Assembly: GCF_036365525.1 (NCBI RefSeq)
Contig: NC_090385.1
Location: 59,952,611-60,016,610 of the forward strand
DNA: 64,000 nucleotides
From: Heterodontus francisci
Taxonomy: Eukaryota
Reading direction: 5' to 3'
Below, piece by piece: positions 13,831 through 24,845 of the stretch (position 1 is the stretch's first letter; the number at the start of each line of letters is the position of its first letter). The notes beneath the pieces are model-generated. The model was not told where the DNA came from, made no database searches, and saw only the letters and a program-made list of their open reading frames with translations. Position numbers and translations under genes: made by a program.

Positions 13831-13989
13831 GTTTGCTTCATACTACTACTGAACTGCATTACAGTGAGCCAGACATGCCTCACACTCTTCCGATCCGAAT
13901 CAAGCTATTACCTCAGTCCACTTGATGCGCTTTTCAGAAGACAGAGAATAGCATTCAAGAGTTGAAACCCTAGTTCCATATTTTCAGCC

Positions 13990-14305
13990 TTTTGTTTTAT
14001 TCATTCAAGGGATGTGGGCATCACTGGCAAGGCCAGCATTTATTGCCCATCCCTAATTGCTTTTGAGGAGAAGATGATGGTGAGCCACCTTCTTGAACTG
14101 TTGCAATCCATGTGGGGAAGGTACTTCCACAGTGCTGTTAGGAATAAAGTTCCAGGATTTTGACCCAGATACAGTGAAGGAATGGAGGTGTAGTTACTAG
14201 TAAAGGTGGTGTGTGGCTTGGTGGGGAACCTGGAAGTGGTGGTGGTGTTTCCATACACTTGCTGCCCTTGCCCTTCTAGGTGGTAGAGGTCATAAGTTTG
14301 GGAGG
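13990..14305 (-). mobile_element. 3' fragment of the tRNA-headed CR1-group LINE family (see 40682-44279)
   Basis: Contains atttattgcccatccctaattgc...gttccaggattttgacccag, matching 40730-40980 and 57990-58280. Confidence 0.85.
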
Positions 14306-14689
14306 CATTTATGATCAGAAGGCTGGTCTGAATATATTTTTAAAAAGTGAGTAAGTACAAGAGCCAGTAGAGTTCTATTATCTCATTACTATTCCATTGA
14401 TATTGGCAGCTGGAAATGGGATTGGTTCTGAGGTTAGCTGCAATCTGTCCTCTGACACACAACTGTAAATCATGCCAAAACTAAGCCAGTTTTATGATTT
14501 TATCTCATGAGATTGGTTTTATACTGGTGCCTGTTTGATTGCATGACAGTATAAATATTTGATAGTTAATATTAATCAGTCCTTTCATTATAATTAGAGT
14601 ATTCTTCACGTGATTTATTTGAATCTGTTACGTTTCATGCATTTTATGCTCTATAATGTAATTTGTCTTAATATATTTGCTTTTTGCGC

Positions 14690-14965
14690 GTAGGCCTAAG
14701 CATGATAATATTGCCTATCCCTAGCTGCTGTTGGGCCATGAAGAGTCAACCACATAATGTGGGGCTGCAGTCGCATGTTGGTCAGGCAGGATAGGGTTGG
14801 CAGGTTGCCTTCCCCAAAAGGCATTACTGAGCCAGTTGGATTGTTACACCAATCCAGCTACTTTGTATCATTTTCTGGTGATGTTCCACAAATTAATTGA
14901 TTTCCTGAATTCACTGTATTAACGCACCACGATTTGAGCTCAACCAAAATCACTAGGCTACCATG
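14690..14965 (-). mobile_element. Degraded SINE sharing body and tail with the LINE at 40682-44279
   Basis: ttgcctatccctagctgc (LINE 3' tail) is joined directly to aagagtcaaccacat...ttccccaaaaggcattactgagccagttgg (LINE 5' UTR, compare 43988-44090). Confidence 0.65.
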
Positions 14966-15165
14966 CCCTTTTAAAATAATCACTAAAATTCTCATTTCAA
15001 GCAGCACTAGGAATATGCAGAAAAACTTGTACAAGCTGTCATTCTAAGTAGTGACATTGAATTTTTGTGTTTCTTTTCTTGTCTCTGGTATGATATTAAT
15101 GGAAATAGAAGGTTGTTTGCATCTTTTAACATTTTACCCTAAAATAGCATACTTTTAAATTACAG

Positions 15166-15251
15166 GTATAATTTCTACATTTCTTCATGTCCACCCATTT
15201 GGAGCCAGCATAGACTACATTTGTTCTTATCTACAGCGACTGGATGCCAAG
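15166..15251 (+). CDS. ENOX2: ENOX2 (ecto-NOX disulfide-thiol exchanger 2), penultimate coding exon
   Basis: ttacag| 86 nt |gtaaat. Translates (G)IISTFLHVHPFGASIDYICSYLQRLDAK. From recall, this matches ENOX2 GIISTFLHVHPFGASIEYICSYL rather than ENOX1 GANIEYLWSYM. Confidence 0.93.
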
Positions 15252-17171
15252 GTAAATTGAAAATGTTGTTTTCATTGGCTGGTTAGTGACCTAACATTGT
15301 TTGCATGAAGTTCTAATTTTGTTAAAGCATAAACAAGCCAATTCCTCCAAGAAAATGAGAATAACCATCACTGCTGATTCCTGTGGATATTACATTGGTT
15401 CTCAATGCATTAAATATCTTTGGTCAGATTATATACCCTAAGGTACTGTAGTTAGCTTAACCTGTGTAGCAAGTTTCTGCTTTGATACATTCTGTAAAAA
15501 TCTTGACTACCAATGAAATTCTTCTTCAAACCATAAGCAGTCTAATTTATACTGATAGTTTTATTGCCCACTTGGTGCTGATCAGAAAATGGTTTTATGA
15601 AATGAATATTTATTACAATAAAGGTTGGAATCACAAAATAAGACATTTATCAAAAATGCTGTGTTGGATGCATTAAGTCTCACTTTGAGAACTTAGCACC
15701 TATCATGTATTTTAGTACTTAATATTCTGTGTAGTTTGAGTGAAGGTGGGATTATAGCAAATTGCTCCAGTGAGCAAGTCACCATTGACACCTTTGCTTT
15801 TTAATTTGCAGCCACCGTTGTCACAGTGGACGTCAATGACTGAATGCTACATGTAGTTGTTGTTCAGTAGATTGCATGAAGATTAATAATGATGGCTTAA
15901 TCACTGTTGCCTTAACAAAAAATAATTTACAATTAAAGACGTGAGCTTTTGTATGCCGTGTACTTTGAATGTTACTTTGAGAAATCTAGTCTCTAGAGGT
16001 TTTTGAATGCAAGTATGTTTCCAAAAAAAGAGACTAGGTGCTAAGTCTAAACAGCCAAACTCCACAGTACAGCAGTTTTTACAGTCTAAAACAGCAAAGG
16101 GAGGTGGTGGTGGTGAGATTCAGTCCCCATATATCTTTAAAGAAAGTAAAAGCAGTGTCTGATCCAGGATACTGTCACGTAACATGGTTTGTTATGTTCA
16201 TATGACCCTTCCATTTGTTTAATGAAATAGTCTTACAAACTTCCATAACATGATGTCCTGAAGAATTAATCCTAACTGCAGAAGGGTTTTCCGTACTAAA
16301 AAATTGTACGCTGTCTCTAAGCAAGGTGGCATTTTCATGCTAATTAATGCTAACTTAAGGAAACTGTTCAATGATTGCCCGTTTGTAAAGTTTTTGGGTT
16401 AGTGATCTCTGCTTCCATTCTGCATTCTTGAATAAAATAATCTATAAGTTTGCAAATTTAGTCACTGCCATGTTCTAAGTTAGTTTGACTTTTCCCTTTT
16501 CACTTTAGAAAAGTGTGAGAGTTGGTGCTTTGACGTAAGTAAGGAGAAAGTGTTGACTCATAAGATGATTTTTGTCAGCTACTGCACTAAGAACTGAATT
16601 GAGGTTCATTTCATGCAATTTGGGAAAAAGAAAACATCTTCATCAGACTGGACTGATTTTAAATCCTGATCCCAAATTCTGAAGAATAGTCTCATATTCT
16701 TAAGGCCTTGCCACCTGATTTTTATCATATTATTCGAGATACTTTTCTTGGATTCAGCATCTCAGACCACTTCCATAGGGGAGTCTGCACTCCTTGTGGC
16801 CTGGAGACTGCCTGTACCTGCCTAATAGTTAGGTAATTGGTAGTGAGTCTAGCGGTTGAACAGAAATCCCTCATTTTGCAACTTACTGACTGTATCCTGA
16901 GTCAAGTGAGCTTTCTTTAGAAAGTTTCAGAATAAACACCCCACGAGACTATGGCTCAGTTATAAACTTGTAAGAAGATTTATTAGACTGAATAGGTAAG
17001 TAAACAGAAGCAATGAGACTGTAGATTTACAGAAGTTACAGGCTTAAATGTCCCTCAGAAGATAGATCCTGGAACAGTGACCTTAAATAGCAGCCATGTC
17101 ATCAGAGCTGTTAGACAGAAGCTAGGCCCATGAGGGGAAGCTCAGAATTAGGATGATGAGTCATCCATTGT

Positions 17172-17275
17172 GGAGTTCCGAAGAAGGGTCACTGACCCGA
17201 AACGTTAACTCTGCTTCTCTTTCCACAGATGCTGCCAGACCTGCTGAGTGAATCCAGCATTTGTTGTTTTTGTTT
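17172..17275 (+). mobile_element. Penelope-like terminal-repeat fragment carrying a minimal hammerhead ribozyme motif
   Basis: ggagtt-CCGAAGA-a-gggtc-act-gaccc-GAAA-cgtt-aactct, followed by gcttctctttccacagatgctgccagacctgctgagt. Related copies at 21478-21760, 29058-29160 and 40045-40175. Confidence 0.75.
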
Positions 17276-17693
17276 TTATATGTATCCTGGTCTCAGGTGA
17301 TTGAACAACATTGTCTGTTCTGTCATGGACCAGGAAGGCTTAGGAAAGGAATGAGGGAAAAAGTTTTTTATAGAAGGGATTTGGGGTGCAGTAGGTTGGA
17401 GGTCAGTCTGATGGGATGAAAGTCTCCTCAGACCTTTAATGTTACCTAGAATCTTTGTCTAGTTTGTGACCATCTCAATCCAGTTCTTCATTCAACTCTT
17501 GAATTCTTGGAAATACTTAAAATGTTGGAGATGTTTTGTGCTCAAGATGAAAGTTATCACTGCTGGACAACACTCTCTTCTGCTTTGAGTCTCAGGTTTA
17601 TGGAGACCTCTACATCATACTGTAAATTGCATTGCTTATTTCCACTTACCTCCCTTGAAACAAGCAACTATCATTTCTGTCTGTTCTCTGCAG

Positions 17694-17831
17694 ATTTCTC
17701 CTATCGAAGTAGAAAGCCTCATGACACGGCTACAACATGTGTTCCAGCAGGAGATAACTGGAGTTGGCGCAAGTTTGGAAAAACGGTGGAAATTTAGTGG
17801 CTTCGATGGAATCAAGGCCCTTCAGAACTAG
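17694..17831 (+). CDS. ENOX2: ENOX2 terminal coding exon
   Basis: tttctgtctgttctctgcag| ISPIEVESLMTRLQHVFQQEITGVGASLEKRWKFSGFDGIKALQN*. Phase 0, compatible with the previous exon. Matches the ENOX C-terminal motif F.QE.TGVGASLEKRWKF.GF.G. Confidence 0.95.
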   Translation: MSPIEVESLMTRLQHVFQQEITGVGASLEKRWKFSGFDGIKALQN

Positions 17832-18039
17832 CAACTCGGTGACTGTTCACAAGATCACTGGACTACTCCATACCCTTCAGTGCTGTTTCTGACTAAAGTA
17901 GATAGCAGAATTTTTTATTTGTAAGATTGGTTTCTAGTACTCTTAAAAATGAGAAATCCTCAGGCTTCAGCAGTATGAGCTGCACCTGGAAACAGGCTTA
18001 AAGAACATAATTTTGTTTATCAAACCCCAAATGTTGGGT

Positions 18040-18045
18040 AATAAA
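18040..18045 (+). promoter_or_regulatory. Candidate ENOX2 polyadenylation signal (others at 18383 and 20809)
   Basis: First AATAAA downstream of the ENOX2 stop. Usage cannot be determined from sequence. Confidence 0.3.
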
Positions 18046-18489
18046 CTGCTGTGCAATTATTGTTGGTGTAGAAAATGGAAACTTCCATGGCTGAAGAAGT
18101 AGAATGAATCACATTATTACAGAGGGGAAACTAGAAAGGCAACAACTTAAACAGTGAAAAATATACAGAGCATTCTTTTTCCCACACATGGTCTCACATT
18201 AATCAGACCACTGTGTCTCTCCTCTAGTCCAACTCAAAGTTATAAATTTAATACATCTATCAAGACATTTGTTATTCTTCTGTCATCACGGTGTATTTTT
18301 TCAAATTCCTAAAATATTTGTAGAAGCTTTGAACAGTCCAATTTCTCTCATAATGAAATGCTGATGGGAATCAAAAACCAGTAATAAAGATTGCACCCAT
18401 ACACCCACTCCCCCCACCCCCACCTTTAACAAAAAAAGTTTGCTGAGAAGCTACTGATTTATTTTATGCTCTGGCTCAATTCCACTGCA

Positions 18490-18860
18490 GATCTTTCCCG
18501 TTTTCTCATCTCATCTCTCCTGAAGGTAGTCACAAATAGTAAGGCATTGTTCCATGGACATTGGCAGTTCTACAATGCCCTCGATTAAGTGGCCATTCTT
18601 TTTGAAAGTTTGGATAGTGAGTTATGGCAGGCTATTTGAATGAAGTAGGTATCAGCACTGAGCTTGATTTTGTCCTTGCATATCATCCACAAAAGTGCAC
18701 TCCCTAATAGGGGTCACTGAATACTGATTGGGAGTGGGAACCTTGGCAGATTTTTGACAGAGGTCAGTTGCAGTTATCACTGGCCCAGCTGAGATCAGCT
18801 AATTCGATGCAGACCAACAATGGAACTTGGCACATTCTTGGGCTTAATTCCACATCACAT
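18490..18860 (-). mobile_element. Old tRNA-derived SINE (unassigned family)
   Basis: cagctgagatcagctaa core is the reverse complement of ttggttgatctcagctgg in the + copy at 20085-20290. Confidence 0.55.
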
Positions 18861-20084
18861 GGTAATAACCATCCACAAAACTATTTGGGTAATCTTCTGC
18901 AAATCCATCTTTGTCTACAGCTGAGTAAATTTTTTAAGCAGCACAAAGCAGACACAATTCCATTTCAGACCATTCTTTCATCCAGAAGCAGCAGGGTTTC
19001 GGACAGTTTGAAGTTTTATCACATAAAAGGCTGTAAGAAAAACTGGATTTTTCTATCCCCTTATCCTCTGTGGCAAATGGAGTGCACCAGTTTGCATGTC
19101 ATGCTATTTTTATAGGTATGCACTTGCCATATATAGATGGATCTAACAGGGGTTAATCTTAGCTAAATGCACCTTATTGGTACAAAATGTAACGGGAAAA
19201 AATGATCCATTCTCAAAATGTGTACAAGTCAAAATTGGGGCAGAATGTGCCAGTACTTGTGTTTGAAAAGGACAAATATGAGCATTGTAACATGTATTCA
19301 GGTCCAAAGTGCTGTATGTTTAAGTAAACAGATAATATTTAGTGACAGAAATTGTTTACATCACAAATCTCTGATAAGGAAACCTCCCTGTTATACTTCA
19401 GTTTCTTTATATCTCTTGGATTCGATCCAGTAGTACATTTAGGACAATACATCTAGTTTGTTCAGGCTATGCTACACTGTATTGATAAAAGATGTATTTT
19501 TTAGAGATAAATTATTTTTTACAAAGCTTTAATACTTGAGAGTTTACTTGTTTTTTGTGTCCCTATGAGTGAAGGACATGTTAGTTATATAATAAGCTGA
19601 GAATTTTCTGCTGTTTTATGTTTTATACCACCTGTATGTGATGGACAGTAGCATTCTACTGCTGCTGATCTGTGGGTTCAAACAAGCCTGATATGTTCAC
19701 TAATGCTTGTTTAAGTCTTAGTGTTTTTTTTTAAATAGTCCAAGTTGTATTATTCAGAGTAATAATTAACAAGTGCTAGTTTACATGGCATGTTACCTGA
19801 CAGGTGATGGTGAGTTGCTAATGTTGTTTCATGTGCTGTAGGCTCATAATTCATGAGTTTAGCACAAAATAATATCTGGAACTCAAGATTTCCAATAAGA
19901 TGTTCTATTTATTCTGTGGGCACAAATGATCCCTAGAATCTTAACACGTCTTCACCATTACGAACTATCTGAAGGACTAGTAACCTGTGAAGTGATCATT
20001 TACATATGTATTACTCAGTTGTGCAAAGTGAAAATCAAGTAAAGAGATTTGAAAATTTCTGTTAAGTGAATAGCTATAAGTTCC

Positions 20085-20290
20085 TTTAATAGTGCAGTGG
20101 ATATGGTTTAATACTGAACTATATAGACTAAAGAGTTTACAGGTTCGATCCTGATATGTGCTAAATTGGTTGATCTCAGCTGGTATCATAGGGCAGTACA
20201 TTTGGCTTTGATACCCCTGGGCTGGGAAGGGGGTAAAGATCAGCCTGCTCCTGATTGCTGCCTAGTTGCTTTTGCTGGAACATCTATGGG
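20085..20290 (+). mobile_element. Old tRNA-derived SINE head and body (probable tail at about 20690-20780)
   Basis: A-box-like tagtgcagtgg, B box ggttcgatcc, then gatctcagctgg core. Confidence 0.6.
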
Positions 20291-20479
20291 ACTACATTGA
20301 ATTAAATAAAAACTACAACACAAAAACAGGCTGTTCGTCCCAAGTGGTTTATATCAGTGCTTATACTCCAAACAAGCCTCCTCTCGCTCTAATTACCTGT
20401 TCCCACCCTGCTCCATATCCCTCTATTTGCTTCCATTTGCTTTCTGGGCGGTATTTATTGCTCAAAATTTTCACGAGCG

Positions 20480-20670
20480 TAAACAGATTACTGGCCATTT
20501 ATCTCATTGTTGTTGTGGAACCTTGCCGTGTGCAATTTACTTGCTGCACTTCCCTACATTATAACAATATCTGATGGATGTATAAAAAAATTACATTTCA
20601 AAATTACTTAATTGGCTATAAAGTGCTTCGGGCCATCTTGAGACCTTGAAAGGCACCATATCAATACTAA
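20480..20670 (+). mobile_element. DeuSINE-like (SacSINE1/AmnSINE1-type) 3' part; further pieces at 22850-22990 plus 23714-23750 and at 49521-49625
   Basis: aacagattactggccatttatctcattg...cctacattataaca...attggctataaagtgcttcggg...gaaaggcaccatat. The 49521 copy reads ttcctacattacaacaatgactacacttc...gtaaagcgctttgggac...gaaaggcactatataaatgcaag. Family assignment from recall. Confidence 0.65.
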
Positions 20671-21477
20671 TGCTTCTATTTTTGAAAAATGACTACTTGG
20701 ATGACACCAGAGACCTGCCGTTGGCAACAGACATTAGCAGGACTCTTCGTCTTCAAGAAAGAAAGGGGAGGAAATTAGAAAGAAGTTTTTTAATCAGCAA
20801 GTGAGCTGAATAAAACAATTTTCTTGATTATATCCATTGTATTCACTGCTCTGAACCAAATCATTTCATAGTTTATACCTATTAAATTTACCTCTTTTTT
20901 GATGAAATTCCGTAACTGAGATAATTATCTCCGTTTACAGCTGAGAGCTTGTGTTATGCGTTGGTTATTACTTCATCAATACCCTAAATGACACAAATTT
21001 ACAGATCCCTTACAACTGCAAAAAAATTGTATGACAGAAAATTACTAATTCTAATATTTTGGAGAATTTTGATAATTTTAGGAACACCTTGCATATAAAG
21101 GAGCACCTTGCATATAAAAAGAGAATGAAATTATCATTCATGCCCATGGAATAAAACCTAACTTGACTGACTTGGGATACTTTTGTTAACTAGGTATCCT
21201 TTATTTCTAGGCAATTCTACAATAACATTTTAAGCAGGGAGATGGATTGTATTTCTGAGTGCTCTATTATTTTGCAATATGTCCTAATGATTAGCAAGTT
21301 GTATTTCAGTCATGTTTTGTGATTTGTTAGAATGGATTTTTAAAAAGTTTTATAAAATTATTTTAAATGGCTGATAATTGTTTTGCATTTGATTGAAAAA
21401 TTAGTTCCTTACTACAACTGATTCCTGTTGTCAGAAATCCTGATAGAATAAGATCCAATCAATGCTCACGTTTAACA

Positions 21478-21760
21478 ACAAAAGCAAAATGGTGCGGATG
21501 CTGGAAATCTGCAGTAAAAAGAGAAAACACTTGAAATACTCAGCGGTTAGGCAGCATCTGTGGAGCGAGAAAGAGTTAATGTACTGGGAAAAGTTAGAAA
21601 TGTAAACGATTTTAAGCAAGTAAAAAGTGGGGGGTGGTGGTAGGGTGGGAAAATGAACAAAAGCGAAGGTCTGTGATAGGGTGCAACATTAACTCTGTTT
21701 CTCTTTCCACACTTGCTGCCTGACCTGCTGAGTGTTTCCAGCATTTTCTGTTTTTATTTT
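21478..21760. mobile_element. Penelope-like fragment with inverted arms
   Basis: 21510-21582 (..ctcagcggttaggcagcatctgtggagcgagaaagagttaatgt) is the approximate reverse complement of 21686-21760 (acattaactctgtttctctttccacacttgctgcctgacctgctgag..). Confidence 0.75.
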
Positions 21761-22990
21761 AGCTCATGTTTAACTCTCTGCTAACTGGCTTTCCACAAAT
21801 ATTATAGTCAGTGTATTGTTTGGAACACCTACATCTAACAGTTACACACAGGGCACAGAGAAAATCTCTTGTGATTCACTGACGAGATTAATTCAGATGA
21901 AAAAGGCCTAGGAACCATTTGATCTCACCCTTTTGAAAATCAACCTTGCTGGTTTGGGGGGGACATCTTTTTGATATGCACCAGAACAGACAGGCTGTTG
22001 GCTTAGTGTCTCTTCTGTAGATTGGTGCACCTGAGGATGTGTCGCTCAGTACTAGACTGGAATGGTATATACTCTAATGCTGAGCGAGAGACGGGAGTGC
22101 TATCAAGCTGGCACAGAATCCAACTATAGTAAAGTGAGGCATATTTACAAGCCAGTCTGTTTTTGAAAAGATGTATCTGAAATCATGCAATTGTTAAACC
22201 TGCAGTAGGTCACTCAACAATGAAAGGGTTGATTCAAGTAATTAATCTGAAAAAGGCATTTGCTTTAATTTAGGTCACCATGAAGTTAATTTTGAACAAA
22301 ATGAGCTGACATTGTACAGGTTAATCAGATGGTTGAGTGATTATCTTAAACCTGTAAGTTGTCTCATTAATGTGATGAAAGCTTTCTAATGGGTTACTTC
22401 AGTTAAAACAGATTGCGGTATCAAAATTTGGCTTTGCCAGTTAAAGTGGTTAAAATATAAAAATGCAGAGCTAATTAAATGCAAAACTGCTAAGTTGTCA
22501 ACTGCCTCTTGATACATTGCTGTTAAACATAATAAAAATTCTAAAACAAAACTTGTAAATGGTAATAGCCTGAAGACCAAGTCCATATTGCCTGGCTAGT
22601 TTCCTAATCATCTTGACTAATTTCTAGCACACTCATACTTTACATCCACACAGATGCAGGAACTATTTATTGGTTCAGGTATCTGCAAGGGAATTTTCCA
22701 ATAAGTTACTTTGTTGGAGGGGGAGGGGTGAAGAGGAGATGGCTAGGTGTGTACTCGCAATAGTGGATGGCACCTGAGGTAACAGCAACATTTGTTGCAT
22801 ATGATAACAGCACCAATCAATCTCAGGTGAGTTACAGCAACTAAAACCACCAATAAAAACAATTAACTGGTCATTTATACCATTGCTGCCCATAGAAACT
22901 TGTTCTGTCAATTTTGGCTGCTGCATTTGCCTGCATAACAACAAAAGTAATTCGTTAGCTGTGAAGCATTTTGAAACTTCATGACACAAA

Positions 22991-23713
22991 GGGCAGGATT
23001 TTTGTTCCTGGGTCCCCATCCCACCTTCGGGATGAAATGTGGGTCAGAAACCTCAATTGCCGGCGGTGGGACCCCAAGGGAAAATTTGGAGGAGGTGGGA
23101 AATTAAGTAGCCACCTCCAGGAGACCCATTTAGTTAAAGACAGCGGACAGGCTTCGAAGTCTGGAAGGTAGTCCAGCAGTCATAGATCAGCAACCCCACC
23201 GTCAGAGGTGGGCTGAAGTATGTAGAGAGGCACGAAGGTGCCTCCATTCCTGGTCACCAGCCACAAAAGGGGTAAATAAGAGGGCTAAAAGGACTAGAGC
23301 CATCAGACATGAATGGAAAATTCCCCCAGAGTAATGGCACTGCCCTGGTTGTGGCCAAATTTTGGAGCAGTGCCTTCCACGTTGAATGGCGCTTCTGGCT
23401 CCGATGTTGACCCAGCCTGTTGCTGGGAGACTGCCACTGTTTCATGGATGGTCTCTTGATGCAATGGGTACCCTGTGCACTGACTGGAAAATCCAGTTGG
23501 CATTGGAACAATGTCCTTGATTGTGTTCAAGGGGCTTCATTGGTTACCTGTCAAGCAGGTAACCATTCCCACCATAACCCTGACCCCTGGAAAATCCCAT
23601 GGAGGCAAGAGCCTGTCATGGAACCCGCCCAACAGGATTTCCCTCCTGTTTTCGGCCCCCCCACCACCCCTCGCCTCTAGATCTACCTTCACAGGCCATT
23701 GAAAATTCAGCCC
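22991..23713. mobile_element. PIF/Harbinger-type MITE inserted in a DeuSINE-like tail
   Basis: TIRs GGGCAGGATTTT / AAAATTCAGCCC, 3-bp TSD AAA. The SINE tail resumes after the element (aaaggtgctatac). Confidence 0.75.
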
Positions 23714-24489
23714 AAAAGGTGCTATACACCTGCAAATTTGTTCCTTCCTTAGAATAACTTGCCTCCTTAGAAACATAGGGATGCTAGATTTTTTTTAAAA
23801 AAAGACCAAGTTCCTACCATCCTGGTAGTTGCATGATGCATTCATAATGGAGGTGTTGATTAACTATGGTAATTAATTTCTTTCAATTAGTGTACAATAG
23901 ACCTAGATACTATTCTACTAGTTACATCCTCAAAAAATTTGATAGGCAGTCTGTGGAACCTGATGTTTGCAGAAAAGTAATTGACCGATTCTTTACTGAT
24001 TTAAAGGAGGAAGTTACTGAAACTGTAAGTACCACAGGGATACAGCTTTGGACAGCCATTGCAAACCCTTATTTTTTTGGTATGTCTTGGATCGGGGTGT
24101 CAAACACAATTTACAAAACACAAACACAAGTCTTATTTTGTGGCCATACGCCCTTCAGAGCATTGACTTTAATTCCTACTGTGGGAAAACATAAGAGGTA
24201 AGTATTTGACTGGAAGGATCAAGAAAGTAGGCTCCTACAGCTACATCTTTTAACAGAAGGTTGTGAAGCAGAGATGGAACTTTTCCAGGAAATTAAATCA
24301 ATAATTAAGTTAAAAACTGATTGTTTGAGTATTAGAGATATGGATCATTATAAGGCTGCATTTAAATAATGTTCAAATAACAATCAAGAATTGTTAGTCA
24401 GTGAGATCAGGTCACACAGCAGAATCCAGGAACCGAACCTGGAAATTTCTAATCTCAGTACCTTGCTACTTGATGCGTTTAAGTGTATA

Positions 24490-24845
24490 AGGCAATAAAT
24501 ATTACAAAGTATTGTGGCTAATTTTGAGAAATTGAATGTAGAAGCAGCCAGATAATTTATATGGTACCTTGCTTAGACCAAACTTGGAATACTGAGTGTG
24601 AAGTTCTGATTGACATACCATAAAAAGAATATTTTCTACTGCAGAAAATATTTGCAAGGATTTTAACCAGAACTGAAATGATTAAGCATCTGGAAAGATA
24701 GAGCAGGTTTGGGGTTCTTTAATCTGAAAAAGACTAAAAGGAGACCTGGCAGAGGCCTTTTAAAATTATGAAAGGGTTCAATAGGGTGCATATTGAGTAA
24801 ATAGAGTAGGAGGAAGCTCATGTAGAGTATAAACACTGGCATAGT
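24490..24845 (+). mobile_element. Old CR1 3' fragment
   Basis: cttgcttagaccaaacttggaatactg (LRPNLEY) and ggaggaagctcatgtagagtataaacactggcatag CR1-type tail. Confidence 0.65.

Larger units (their letters stand above)
5977..13900 (-). mobile_element. Old full-length CR1 (5' UTR, ORF1, ORF2, 3' tail) split by a nested CR1 (7995-11072) and an LTR-like insert (11353-12276)
   Basis: RT fragments 6482-8076, EN fragments 11105..11416 (LLDLVLGNE) and 12472..12729 (MYMNAWS..YDVAAITET), ORF1 zinc-finger/leucine-zipper remnant 13296..13616 (CTSCSM..CRKCRQL..LEQQLASL). Sequence at about 7994 continues at about 11073. Confidence 0.85.

Noticed and set aside
13460-13852. Hydrophobic repeat protein (PACFTLLPACVIVI)n
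   Set aside because: Translation of the 42-bp minisatellite and antisense CR1 ORF1. No real start context or splice support.
16880-17500. Possible additional LTR in the last ENOX2 intron
   Set aside because: LTR-like composition but no identifiable TG...CA termini or TSD.
17507-17797. 96-aa ORF overlapping the ENOX2 last exon
   Set aside because: Different frame from ENOX2 and it starts in the intron.
23866-24201. 111-aa ATG ORF
   Set aside because: No recognisable motif. Lies among decayed repeat sequence, and its length is within chance expectation.
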